This document shows, piece after piece, positions 27,890-37,983 of a stretch of 64,000 bases of DNA (the first letter of the stretch is position 1; every line of letters starts with the position of its first letter). The DNA lies in assembly GCA_963843145.1 (NCBI GenBank), contig CAWJJC010000020.1:448001-512000 (forward strand). The letters are read 5' to 3'. Origin of the DNA: an uncultured delta proteobacterium. GTDB lineage: Bacteria > Desulfobacterota > RBG-13-43-22. The translations under genes were made by a program, and so were the position numbers. Under the pieces are notes generated by a model that made no database searches, was not told the origin of the DNA, and saw only the letters and a program-made list of their open reading frames with translations.

Positions 27890-29839
27890 ATGGAAGAGCC
27901 AAAAAGAACGGGAAAAGTACAAAACTTTTTAAAGGCCGTTCCTCCCTTTCACCTGCTTCCCAACATGGCCTTGCAAGAACTGGCCCTGACCCTAACCATC
28001 GAACATTTTTCTGAGGGTGAAATCATTCTCCATCCCGATGGTCCGCCCACCCAATTCCTCTACCTGATCCGTACCGGAGGCGTAAAATTTTTGATCCCCG
28101 ACAAGCAAAACGAAGGTGGAGAAAAAATTATCGATATCCGGGGCGAAAAGGAATTTTTCGGAATTTTTTCCCTCCTGTCCAACCGCCCCAGCCCTTTTAA
28201 AATCGTGGCTGAAACGGATTCGATCTGTTACCTGTTAAAAAAAGGGGTCTTTGCCCGGATTCTGGACCAGCACGTCGACGTGTTGCTTTATTTCACCATG
28301 GGGCCCAGCAAAGGGTTTAAAACGGGGGCCACCGCTAAAGTCGGCGCCGGTGCGGATCCGCCCGGAATGGAGGCGGACCACCTGCTTTTTTCCACCAAAG
28401 TTCGGGATATCATGCATCGCCAGGTGTTAACCTGTCTGCCCGCCGAGACCATCGTGGAGGCCGCCCGGCGGATGACCCAGCGGGGTGTGGGCTCTCTGAT
28501 CGTGGTCGACCCCGAGCAGCAGCCTATCGGCATTGTCACTGATGGAGACCTGCGTAAAAAAGTGATCGCTTCCGGGCAGTTGGACAACCGGCCGGTGGAA
28601 GCCATCATGAGCGTTCCCCTAAAGTCAATTCCCCCGGAATCTTTTTACTTTGAAGCCGTCATCTCCATGATCCGCCACCGGATCAAATACCTGCCGGTCA
28701 TGGAAGAAGACGAACTGGTCGGCATTCTCTCCGAGCGAGACCTTATGATCTCCCAGGGGAACAACCCGGTGGCCGTCATCCGGCAGATTCATCAGGCCCC
28801 CGACCTGGACCAGTTGGTGGTCATCCATAAAGATATTACCCGGACCATGAAGGTCATGCTCGAGCGGGGAGGCCAAGCCAAGGAAATTTGTGAACTGATC
28901 ACCCAGCTCAACGATCACCTGACCTATAAAATTATCCGTCTGGGCGAGGAAGCCCTAGTCCAACAAGGGCTGGGAAATCCGCCGGTTGAATATATCTGGA
29001 TGGCCCTGGGCAGCGAAGGGCGTCAGGAACAGACCCTCTCCACCGATCAGGATAACGCCCTGGTCTTTGCCGACGTCGAGCAATCTCGGGAATCCGAAGT
29101 CCAAGCCTACTTTCTGGCCCTGGCCGAACAAGTGGTCTCCGGACTGGAGCGCTGCGGGTTTCCCCGCTGCACCGGGGACATGATGGCCTCCAACCCGAAG
29201 TGGTGCCAGCCACTCCGGGTTTGGAAAGACTATTACCGGAAATGGATTACGACTCGGGATCTTTCCGCCCAGGACATCCTGATATCCTCCATTTTCTTCG
29301 ATTTTCGGACCATCTTGGGGCCGGAGAATTTTCTGAAGGAACTGAGCCAGGTCATCAAAGAGGCGGTGGGCCAGAGCCGGACCTTCCTGCCCAATATGGC
29401 CTTGCGCTCTCTGGAAACCCGGCCCCCGTTGGGTTTTTTCAACCGGCTGATCGTGGAAAAATCCGGTGAATATAAGAACATGCTCAATTTGAAACTGCAC
29501 GGTTTTATCCCTCTGGTCGATGCCGTCCGCATTTTAGCCTTGGAGCAAGGCCTGACCAAAACCAACACCCTGGAACGCATCCAGGGTTTGACGGATAAAG
29601 GGGTTTTTCCCGGGGATGATGGAAGAGACCTCTACGAATCCTTCAACCTGCTGATGCTCCTGCGGTTTCGGCATCACCTCGATCAGATGAACCGCGGGCA
29701 AAAACTGGATAACTATATCAAACCCTCGGCCTTGACTCAGATCCAGCGTTCCATGCTTAAATCGGCTTTCAAGGCCATCGACCGTCTTCAGAACCAGATA
29801 GAAATCCGCTTCGGTCTTACTGCCTTGCGGCAGCGCTAA
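27890..29839 (+). CDS. cNMP-binding/CBS/DUF294 nucleotidyltransferase-like protein, catalytic motif intact
   Basis: cNMP domain, CBS pair, GSEGRQEQTLSTDQDNAL, MASNPKW, FFDFR, DUF294_C. Confidence 0.9.
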   Translation: MEEPKRTGKVQNFLKAVPPFHLLPNMALQELALTLTIEHFSEGEIILHPDGPPTQFLYLIRTGGVKFLIPDKQNEGGEKIIDIRGEKEFFGIFSLLSNRPSPFKIVAETDSICYLLKKGVFARILDQHVDVLLYFTMGPSKGFKTGATAKVGAGADPPGMEADHLLFSTKVRDIMHRQVLTCLPAETIVEAARRMTQRGVGSLIVVDPEQQPIGIVTDGDLRKKVIASGQLDNRPVEAIMSVPLKSIPPESFYFEAVISMIRHRIKYLPVMEEDELVGILSERDLMISQGNNPVAVIRQIHQAPDLDQLVVIHKDITRTMKVMLERGGQAKEICELITQLNDHLTYKIIRLGEEALVQQGLGNPPVEYIWMALGSEGRQEQTLSTDQDNALVFADVEQSRESEVQAYFLALAEQVVSGLERCGFPRCTGDMMASNPKWCQPLRVWKDYYRKWITTRDLSAQDILISSIFFDFRTILGPENFLKELSQVIKEAVGQSRTFLPNMALRSLETRPPLGFFNRLIVEKSGEYKNMLNLKLHGFIPLVDAVRILALEQGLTKTNTLERIQGLTDKGVFPGDDGRDLYESFNLLMLLRFRHHLDQMNRGQKLDNYIKPSALTQIQRSMLKSAFKAIDRLQNQIEIRFGLTALRQR

Positions 29840-29875
29840 AGGCCTCCTGGTGAAGCGAGCGGTGCGGGAACCGGC

Positions 29876-31747
29876 ATGAGCAGATCCAATTGGCCCGACG
29901 ATTATCTGAGAAAACGGGTTTCGGCCCAGGAGGCGATCCGGAAGATTCAATCCGGGCAAAGGATCTTTATCGGCTCCTCCTGCGGAGAACCCCAATGTCT
30001 GGCCCGGGAACTGGTGAACCAGGCCCATTCTTTTGCCGATCTGGAAGTTGTCCGCCTGCTGAGTCTGGAAAGTTCCCCCCTGACCCAAATTGCCGCCAAA
30101 AGCGGAGGTAATTGCATTACCATTCGTTCTTTTTACCTGGGGTCGATCAAACCCCGGAGCCTGGAACGGAACAAGCGTTTTATGACCCCGATCAACCTTT
30201 CCGCCGTGCCCCGCTTGCTGAAAAGCCGCCAAATTCCCGTGCATGTGGCCCTGATTCAGGTGTCTCCCCCCGATGATTTCGGCTGGATGAGCCTGGGCGT
30301 TTCGGTGGATATCACCCTGGCCGGCGCCCAATCGGCCGACCTGGTGATTGCCCAGGTGAACAGCCGCATGCCGCGGGTTCTGGGACGCAGTTTCCTGCAT
30401 GTCGATGATGTGCACCTGATCGTGGAATGCGAAGAAGACCTGCTGACCATCACCGATCCGCCCGAATCGCCGGCGACCCGAAGGATTGCCGAGCATGTGG
30501 CCAAGTTGATCGACGATGGCTCAACCATTCAAATCAGTCTCGGGGCGGCCCCCCGAGCCACCCTGCTGGGATTAGGCGATCGCAAGGACCTGGGCATCCA
30601 CACCCGTTACCTGACCGACGCCATCATGGATCTGGTGGCCCGCGGGGTCATCACCAACCGAAAGAAGGGGTTCCACGAGGGCAAACTGGTGGCCAGCGCC
30701 GCCATCGGATCCATGGACCTTTATGCCATTATCAACGACAACCCGGGTATTGAGTTTTTCCCCTCCGATTATGTGAATAACCCGGCGATCATAGCCCGGA
30801 ATAACAAAATGGTGGCCTTGAATGTGGCCATGGCCATGGATCTCACCGGACAAGTGGCCGCCGATGCCCTACCCTATAATAATTTTTCCGGGGTATCCGG
30901 GATGATGGATTTTATTCGGGGGGCCGCGGACGCCCCGGAAGGGAAATCCATCCTCATGCTTCCCTCCACCACCCTGGATGGGAAAAGCAGCCGCATCGTC
31001 CCCTCCCTGGAAAACATCGCCGTGGTGGTCCCCCGGGGGGATGTGCATTTCGTCGTTACCGAGTACGGCATCGTCAACCTCTTCGGCAAGAGCCTTCAGG
31101 AACGGGCCATGGCCCTGATCAGCATCGCCCATCCCGATTTCCGGGAAGATCTCTTTTACCAGGCCAAAAAAATCGGCCTGCTGGGTCCGGAACGGACCCT
31201 CAGCGAATCCATTTTCGGCATTTACCCCTTGAAGGTAGAAGAAACCCGGACCATCGACGGCAGGAAGGTCTTTTTCCGGCCATCCAAGCCCACGGATGAG
31301 CGGCTCATCCAGGAGCATTTCTACGACATGGACAAGGATGATGTGATTTCCCGCTTCATGCATGAAAAATTACTCTTCTCCCGTCAGGACCTGGCGGATA
31401 TGTACCAGGTTGATTACATCAAGAACATGACCGTCGTGGCCGTGGTCGGAGAGGTGGGATTTGAGCGTATCGTGGCCGTAGGGGCTTATTTTTTCGAACC
31501 GGCCCGAAACACCGCGGAGGTAGCCTTCTCGGTGCTCAAGGACTGGCAGGGGAAGGGCTTGAGCTCCATTATCATCAAAAAGCTGGCCGACGCGGCCCGG
31601 GAAAAAGGGATTTCCGGACTGACGGCCTACACCGCACCCCAAAACCAGCGGATGATCCAGTTGTTCAAGTCCTTGCCCTATAAGGTCCATACTTCTCTTG
31701 AAGAAGATATGCTGTTTTTGAACTGCCGTTTTGACGAGCCGCTTTAA
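29876..31747 (+). CDS. acetyl-CoA hydrolase/CoA-transferase-like domain fused to a GNAT acetyltransferase
   Basis: VSPPDDFGWMSLGVSVD, VVTEYG, ISIAHPDFRE; C-terminal AEVAFSVLKDWQGKGL acetyl-CoA motif; LGIHTR where LGIH(S/T)E is expected. Confidence 0.88.
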   Translation: MSRSNWPDDYLRKRVSAQEAIRKIQSGQRIFIGSSCGEPQCLARELVNQAHSFADLEVVRLLSLESSPLTQIAAKSGGNCITIRSFYLGSIKPRSLERNKRFMTPINLSAVPRLLKSRQIPVHVALIQVSPPDDFGWMSLGVSVDITLAGAQSADLVIAQVNSRMPRVLGRSFLHVDDVHLIVECEEDLLTITDPPESPATRRIAEHVAKLIDDGSTIQISLGAAPRATLLGLGDRKDLGIHTRYLTDAIMDLVARGVITNRKKGFHEGKLVASAAIGSMDLYAIINDNPGIEFFPSDYVNNPAIIARNNKMVALNVAMAMDLTGQVAADALPYNNFSGVSGMMDFIRGAADAPEGKSILMLPSTTLDGKSSRIVPSLENIAVVVPRGDVHFVVTEYGIVNLFGKSLQERAMALISIAHPDFREDLFYQAKKIGLLGPERTLSESIFGIYPLKVEETRTIDGRKVFFRPSKPTDERLIQEHFYDMDKDDVISRFMHEKLLFSRQDLADMYQVDYIKNMTVVAVVGEVGFERIVAVGAYFFEPARNTAEVAFSVLKDWQGKGLSSIIIKKLADAAREKGISGLTAYTAPQNQRMIQLFKSLPYKVHTSLEEDMLFLNCRFDEPL

Positions 31748-31774
31748 GACCAAAAAGGGATTCGGGATTTTAAC

Positions 31775-31960
31775 ATGAAAAACAAGGAAGTCTGGCCGTT
31801 CGTTTTTTTGCTGGGACTGCTGTTCTTTAATTGGCCGCTGATGGACCTCTTTGGATCGATACTGCCTTATTATCTCTATTCGGCCTGGTTTCTTTTCATT
31901 CTGGGAATCGGTTTCCTGGCCACCGTGAAAGGTCGGGTGGAAAAAAACGATCATGTTTAA
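31775..31960 (+). CDS. small two-TM membrane protein, CbrX-like, overlapping the kinase start
   Basis: 61 aa hydrophobic protein; stop overlaps the next ATG by 8 nt. Confidence 0.65.
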   Translation: MKNKEVWPFVFLLGLLFFNWPLMDLFGSILPYYLYSAWFLFILGIGFLATVKGRVEKNDHV

Positions 31961-34910
31961 AAACTGGCAGCTTTCCCTGATCAGCCTGGGGTATCTGAGC
32001 ATCCTGTTCATGGTTGCCTACTATGCCGAATGGCGGGAAAAGAAGGGCCGGAGCATTGTCACCAACCCCTATGTCTACTCCCTTTCACTGGCCGTTTATT
32101 GCACCTCCTGGACCTTTTACGGCAGCGTCGGAGAAGCGGCAACTTCGGGGTTGTCGTTTTTGCCCATCTATTTAGGCCCCACCCTGATGGCCGCTCTCTG
32201 GGGGGTGCTGCTCTTGAAAATTATCGGGATCGCCCATAAAAATCGAATAACCACCATCTCCGATTTTTTAGGGTCCCGGTATGGAAACTCCCTTTTTCTC
32301 TCCGGTCTGGTCACCGTGGTGACGCTGGTCGGGATCACCCCCTACCTGGGCCTGCAGATGAAGGCCATCATGAATACCTTTACGATTATGGCCGGTGAAC
32401 CCCGGGGAAGCATGGCCGCCGGATGGGTGATCACCCTGATCCTGGGCAGCTTCGCCATTATCTTCGGCGCCCGCCGACTGGACTCCTCCGAACGTCACGG
32501 CGGCCTGGTTTTTGCCATTGCCTTTGAATCGCTGGTCAAATTGATCGCCTTCCTCCTGGTGGGCCTCTTCGTCACCTTTGGTCTGTTCAACGGGTTCGGC
32601 GACATCTTCAACCGGATTCAAAGCTCCAACTTCAGCTATCTGTTGATGATCGGCAGCGGCTCTTCGGTCAGCTTTCAGGAGTGGGCTACCCTGCTCTTTC
32701 TTTCCATGATGGCCATCCTCTTTCTTCCGCGGCAATTTCACATCACCGTGGTGGAGAATTCGGACCCTTCCCATATTTCCAAAGCCACCTGGCTGTTCCC
32801 CCTCTACCTCCTGCTGATCAACGTCTTCGTCATCCCCGTGGCCTTCGGCGGTCTCCTGCTGGGCGGCAACCAACTGGAGGCCGACAGCTTCGTCCTGACC
32901 ATCCCCCTGCGCCAGGGAAGGTCCTACCTGGCCCTTCTGGCCTTTATCGGCGGTTTTTCCGCGGCCACCGGCATGATCATCGTGGAATCGCTGGCCCTGA
33001 GCACCATGGTCATGAACAGCCTGGTCATGCCGGCCATTTTTCGGTACAACCATGTCCGGGGCTTTCCCACCATTATCTTGAACATCAAACGGCTCATCAT
33101 CATCGGGTGTGTATTTTTAGGGTATTTTTTTGCCGTCTTTATTGGGCGCTTTTACACCCTGGTGGAGATCGGGCTGAAGTCGTTTGAAGCCGTGACCATT
33201 TTTGCCCCGCCCCTGATCCTGGGCCTCTACTGGAAGAAGGGCAACCGAAACGGGGCCATCGCCGGGATTGTCGCCGGTTTTGTGATCTGGTTTTATACCC
33301 TGCTCATGCCCGCCTTGATCAAGGCCGAAGTGTTCACCCCGGAAGGATTCCTGGCCGCCACCTTACGCCTGGATCTCCTCAACCCCCATGCCCTCTTCGG
33401 CTTGAAGGGGCTGGACAAGTGGAGCCAATCGCTCTTTTGGGGGCTGCTCTTCAACCTGTCCCTCTACTTGGGGTTTTCCATATTCACCAATCAGCGGGAG
33501 GGAGAAGATCGGCAGGCCCTGCTCTTTGTCGAATCCTATGACCCGGGCTTCGTTTCCCAAAAAAGCCGCTATACTATCCGGCAAATCGAGGAAATTCTAG
33601 GCCAGTATGTGGGCCGCATCGAGGCCCAGGAAATCATCGACCGTTTCATTCGGCAGCAGGGGATCAACCGCGAGGCGATCTCCTCGGAGGAAATCATTCA
33701 CTTGCGGAACGAGGCGGAGCGGGTCCTTTCCGGGGCACTGGGATCCTCCATCGCGACCATTATTTTTGAGGAAAAATCCGTCCTGACCGAAGAGGAACGG
33801 GGCGAGCTTTCCCATTCCATCAAGCAGATCACCGACACCCTGAGGCTTTCCCGCCATGAACTGGCCGAAGCCAACCGCAATCTGGCTTACCTGAAAGAAT
33901 TCAGTGAGAATATTATCGAAAGCGCCCCGGTGGGCATCATCACCGTGGACTCCCTCTCCCGGGTCAAGTACTGGAACCGGGAGATGGAAACCATCACCGG
34001 GATCAAAAAAAGCGTGGCCATCAACCGTTCCATTCAACCCCTGCTGCCCTGGGTCCATCGGGGGGCCTGGGGTCCCGGAAGTCCCCAGGAACTCATCGTC
34101 CAGACCCCGGCCAAGCAGACCATTAAAATCAACCTCAGCCCTTTTAAGGATCCGTCGGGCGGGCTGGTCGTCATGCTGGAGAACATTACCGAAAAAAAGA
34201 AAATGGAGGAGCAGCTCCTGCAGACCTCCAAATTGGCCAGTCTGGGACAGCTCACGGCCGGCATCTCCCATGAAATCGGGAACCCCCTGGCTTCCATCTC
34301 CTCCCTGGTCCAAGAACTGCAATCCATCGAACTGCTCGATCCGGAAGAAATCCTCTTTACCCGCGATTCCTTGAAAACCATCAACAGTCACCTGGAACGA
34401 ATCGCCAAGATCGTGCGCAGTCTGGGCGATTTTGCCCGCATCTCCTCCTCGGAGAAAAAACCGACCAATATTGTAGAAATCCTGGATCAGACCATCAGCC
34501 TGGTGAAATACGATAAACGCTCCCGGAAGGTGGACTTCACCTCCGACATCGACCCCATTCCCTTTCTGCGGGTCAACCCCGATCAGATTCAGCAGGTGTT
34601 TCTGAACATGGTACTCAATGCCATCGATGCCATGCCGGCGGGAGGCCGGTTCAATGTGTCCATCAAGCGGGCCGATCCTTGGGTGGAAATCCGCTTCACC
34701 GATACCGGCCAAGGGATCGAAGAGGCCGTGCTGGATCGAATATTCGACCCCTTCTTTACGACCAAGCCCCTGGGCAAAGGAACGGGATTGGGTTTAAGCA
34801 TCTGTTATGGTATCATCAGGGATCACGACGGGCAAATTTCGGTAAAAAGCAAAAAGGGAATCGGGACTACCTTTGAAATCCGACTCCCCCTGGAGGAATC
34901 CAATGGATGA
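31953..34910 (+). CDS. cbrA: SLC5(SSS)-STAC-PAS-histidine kinase, CbrA-like
   Basis: YSLSLAVYCTSWTFYGSVG, LPRQFH, AERVLSGALGS (STAC), PAS, SHEIGNPL H-box, DTGQGI, FDPFFTTK, GTGLGL; no receiver domain. Confidence 0.85.
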   Translation: MFKNWQLSLISLGYLSILFMVAYYAEWREKKGRSIVTNPYVYSLSLAVYCTSWTFYGSVGEAATSGLSFLPIYLGPTLMAALWGVLLLKIIGIAHKNRITTISDFLGSRYGNSLFLSGLVTVVTLVGITPYLGLQMKAIMNTFTIMAGEPRGSMAAGWVITLILGSFAIIFGARRLDSSERHGGLVFAIAFESLVKLIAFLLVGLFVTFGLFNGFGDIFNRIQSSNFSYLLMIGSGSSVSFQEWATLLFLSMMAILFLPRQFHITVVENSDPSHISKATWLFPLYLLLINVFVIPVAFGGLLLGGNQLEADSFVLTIPLRQGRSYLALLAFIGGFSAATGMIIVESLALSTMVMNSLVMPAIFRYNHVRGFPTIILNIKRLIIIGCVFLGYFFAVFIGRFYTLVEIGLKSFEAVTIFAPPLILGLYWKKGNRNGAIAGIVAGFVIWFYTLLMPALIKAEVFTPEGFLAATLRLDLLNPHALFGLKGLDKWSQSLFWGLLFNLSLYLGFSIFTNQREGEDRQALLFVESYDPGFVSQKSRYTIRQIEEILGQYVGRIEAQEIIDRFIRQQGINREAISSEEIIHLRNEAERVLSGALGSSIATIIFEEKSVLTEEERGELSHSIKQITDTLRLSRHELAEANRNLAYLKEFSENIIESAPVGIITVDSLSRVKYWNREMETITGIKKSVAINRSIQPLLPWVHRGAWGPGSPQELIVQTPAKQTIKINLSPFKDPSGGLVVMLENITEKKKMEEQLLQTSKLASLGQLTAGISHEIGNPLASISSLVQELQSIELLDPEEILFTRDSLKTINSHLERIAKIVRSLGDFARISSSEKKPTNIVEILDQTISLVKYDKRSRKVDFTSDIDPIPFLRVNPDQIQQVFLNMVLNAIDAMPAGGRFNVSIKRADPWVEIRFTDTGQGIEEAVLDRIFDPFFTTKPLGKGTGLGLSICYGIIRDHDGQISVKSKKGIGTTFEIRLPLEESNG

Positions 34911-36072
34911 ACGACTGTTAATTGTGGAAGATGAAGATACCCTCAGGGAATCGCTCAGCCGGGTCTTTTCCCGGGAGGGGTATCAGGTGGTGGCGGTGAG
35001 CAGCGCCGAGCCGGCGCTGGAACTTTTCGAGGAAGGGTATTTTGACCTGATCATCACCGACATCATTCTGCCGGGAATCACCGGGATCGAACTGCTGAAA
35101 CGGGTCAAGGAGACGGCACCCGAACAGGTGGTCATCATCATGACCGCCTATGCCTCCCTGGAAACCGCCGTCGAAACCCTGCGCAACGGCGCCTACGACT
35201 ACATCGTCAAACCCATCATCCACGAAGAAATCAAGCAGATCGTCAAAAACGCGCTGAAGGTCCGGGCCTTGCAGAAGGAAAACGTCTTTCTCAAGAAGCA
35301 GATGGGCGGGTCCTATGACCTGAGCCGCATCATCGGGCAGCATCCCGAAATCCAGCAGATCGTCGGCCGGATCAAAAAGATCGTGGAGACCCGCAGCAAC
35401 GTCCTGTTCATCGGGGAAGTCGGGACCGGCAAGCGGCTTATCGCTCGGGCCATCCACTTCAACAGCCCCCGGGCCGACAAAACCTTCATGCCCGTCAACC
35501 TCCGGGCCATTCCTTCCCACCTGCTGGAGGAGGAGCTCTTCGGCCGGGTCAAGGACACCTTTCCCGGCTCCAGCCTGGTCATGGGAGGTTTTCTGGAAGA
35601 AGCCAACGGGGGAACGATCTATCTCAACGGCATTGAACTGTTGTCTCCCGACCTGCAGTTGAAACTCCTGAGGGTGTTGGAAGACCAGGAAGTCCGGCCG
35701 GTGGGCGGACCCCAGGGCATCAAGCTGGATCTACTGGTGATCTCCAGCTCTAACCTGGAACTGGAGGACCTGGTCCAGGCCGGGGAATTCCGGGAAGATC
35801 TCTACCAGCGCCTGAAGGTCGTGATCCTCAAAATCCCCCCTTTGCGGGAACGGGAAGAGGATTTGGACCTTCTGGCCCGGTTTTTCATCCAGCGCTATGC
35901 CAAAGAATTCGGCAAAACCGTCAAGGACCTCGCCCCGGAGGTCCTGACCCAATTCAAACGCTATGACTGGCCGGGCAACGTCCGTGAATTGCGTAGCCTT
36001 CTGGAAAGAGCCGTCCTGATCACCCGGGAAGAAGTTATCCGTCCCCATCATTTCTCGATCCCAGCGCCCTGA
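34903..36072 (+). CDS. receiver-AAA+ NtrC-like protein with degenerate AAA+ motifs and no HTH
   Basis: Receiver Asp present (IITDI); GAFTGA replaced by DTFPGS; Walker B YLNGI; ends HHFSIPAP; ATG 34903 with SD GGAGGA. Confidence 0.85.
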   Translation: MDERLLIVEDEDTLRESLSRVFSREGYQVVAVSSAEPALELFEEGYFDLIITDIILPGITGIELLKRVKETAPEQVVIIMTAYASLETAVETLRNGAYDYIVKPIIHEEIKQIVKNALKVRALQKENVFLKKQMGGSYDLSRIIGQHPEIQQIVGRIKKIVETRSNVLFIGEVGTGKRLIARAIHFNSPRADKTFMPVNLRAIPSHLLEEELFGRVKDTFPGSSLVMGGFLEEANGGTIYLNGIELLSPDLQLKLLRVLEDQEVRPVGGPQGIKLDLLVISSSNLELEDLVQAGEFREDLYQRLKVVILKIPPLREREEDLDLLARFFIQRYAKEFGKTVKDLAPEVLTQFKRYDWPGNVRELRSLLERAVLITREEVIRPHHFSIPAP

Positions 36073-36084
36073 ACCCGACGGATT

Positions 36085-37983
36085 ATGATCATTGAAGACG
36101 TCCTCAGTTTTTTAAAAGGGATCCCCCCGTTTCAATTCCTGGAAGAACCCCTCTTAAAAAAAGCGGCCGGGAGCCTGTCCCTGGAATTCTATCCCAAGGA
36201 TACCGTCATCTTGAAACAAAACGGCCCTCCCAGCGATTCTTTGCGGGTAATCAAAAAAGGGGCGGTCAAGGTCCTGATGGGGGACGAGACGGGGGAAGAA
36301 ATCGTCCTGGAATACAAAGGGGAGGGAGATAACTTCGGGTTCCTTTCCCTGATCGGAAAGGATCGCCAGCGGACCACCGTCAAGGCGGTCGAGGACACCC
36401 TCTGCTACATAATGGATGAACAGCGGGTGCGCAAGCTGATAGAAACCAGCCCGCCCTTCAACGAATATTTCATGGCCTACCTCTCCCGGTATGTGGATCG
36501 GACCTATCAGGAGATGCATCAACGGAACGCACTAAACAACGAAAGCGACCGCCTCCTGTTCACCACCTCGTTGGGGAGCATCGCCATTCCGCTGGTCACA
36601 GTATCCGAAAAGACCTCCATTCAGGAGGCGGCGCAGGTGATGGCCCAACACAAAATCAGCTCCCTGATCATCTGCAATAAAAACAACTTGCCCAGCGGGA
36701 TCGTCACCGATCGCGACTTGCGGGAAAAAGTGGTCGCCAAGGGTCGAAACATCGCCGAACCGGTCAAAAACATCGGAAATCTTTCCTTGATCCGGGCGGA
36801 CGGGAGAGATTCCTGCTTCGAGGCCCTGTTGAAAATGATCCAGTATGGCATCCACCATCTGCTGGTGGTGGAGGAGGGCGCCCTGAAGGGCATTGTTACC
36901 AACCATGACCTGATGCTGCTCCAGGGAACGTCTCCGGTTTCCTTTGCCAATGATATTTTGAATCAAGAAACCGTCGAAGGCCTGGTCCCCTTAACACAAA
37001 AAATTTTTAATATCATCCACCTGCTGTTAAAGGAAGACACCCAGGTAGCCCACCTGTCCAATATTATTACCGAGATTTATGACCGCCTTTTCCGCAAGGT
37101 CATGGAGATCGGAGAAAAAAAATTCGGCCCGCCGCCCCTGCCCTATTGTTTTGTGGTCCTGGGCAGTGAAGGCCGCAGGGAACAGATCTTTAAAACCCGG
37201 CAGGACCATTGCCTGATCTATTCTGACCCGGGGACCCCGGGCGCCGAGATCGAGGCCGCCGGATACTTTGCGGATCTCAGCGCTTGGATCCGGGACAGCC
37301 TGACGACTCTGGAAATACCTCCGGGGCCGGGCGGCTATCTGGCCTCCAACCCCAACTGGCGGCAACCGTTTCAAGTCTGGCAAAAAATTTTCCGGGAGTG
37401 GATCGAGGAGGCTTCCCCGGAAAAACTAAGGGAGGCCCTGCCCTTTTTTGACTCCCGCCCCTTGTATGGAAAATTCAGCCTTTTTCTGACCACCCGGGAC
37501 CATATCGTCGCCCTCATCGGCGAGGAAGGGCAGGGTTTTTTGAAAGCTGTTACCGAATTAATCGTTAAAACCCCGCCGCCGGTAGGGTTCATCAAAAACC
37601 GGGTGGTGGAACAGGATGGAACCCAGCAGGAACGGCTCGACTTGCACGAAAAAGGCCTGCGGCCCTTGATCGATCTGGTCAGGCTCTTTGCCCTTTCCAG
37701 GGGCATTCGGGAAACCTCCACGCTGGCCCGGATCCAGGCCCTGAAAGACCGCGAACCGGCCTTCCAAAAACTCAGCGGGGAGCTGGCCCATGCTTTCGAG
37801 TTCATGATGCTGTTTACTATTCATCATCAGTTTCAGCAGATTAAGAAAGGCCAGCGGCCGGACTCCCTGTTAGAACCGACGCATCTGAACAGCCTGGAGA
37901 AAAAGACTCTTCGGGAAGCCTTCCGCTTGATCGGTCGGCTGCAGGCCCTGGCTCAGGCGGCCTTTGGGGTGGAAACCCCCTGA
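36085..37983 (+). CDS. cNMP/CBS/DUF294 protein, NTase motif partly degenerate
   Basis: GSEGRREQIFKTRQDHCL (DxD changed to RQD). Confidence 0.88.
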   Translation: MIIEDVLSFLKGIPPFQFLEEPLLKKAAGSLSLEFYPKDTVILKQNGPPSDSLRVIKKGAVKVLMGDETGEEIVLEYKGEGDNFGFLSLIGKDRQRTTVKAVEDTLCYIMDEQRVRKLIETSPPFNEYFMAYLSRYVDRTYQEMHQRNALNNESDRLLFTTSLGSIAIPLVTVSEKTSIQEAAQVMAQHKISSLIICNKNNLPSGIVTDRDLREKVVAKGRNIAEPVKNIGNLSLIRADGRDSCFEALLKMIQYGIHHLLVVEEGALKGIVTNHDLMLLQGTSPVSFANDILNQETVEGLVPLTQKIFNIIHLLLKEDTQVAHLSNIITEIYDRLFRKVMEIGEKKFGPPPLPYCFVVLGSEGRREQIFKTRQDHCLIYSDPGTPGAEIEAAGYFADLSAWIRDSLTTLEIPPGPGGYLASNPNWRQPFQVWQKIFREWIEEASPEKLREALPFFDSRPLYGKFSLFLTTRDHIVALIGEEGQGFLKAVTELIVKTPPPVGFIKNRVVEQDGTQQERLDLHEKGLRPLIDLVRLFALSRGIRETSTLARIQALKDREPAFQKLSGELAHAFEFMMLFTIHHQFQQIKKGQRPDSLLEPTHLNSLEKKTLREAFRLIGRLQALAQAAFGVETP

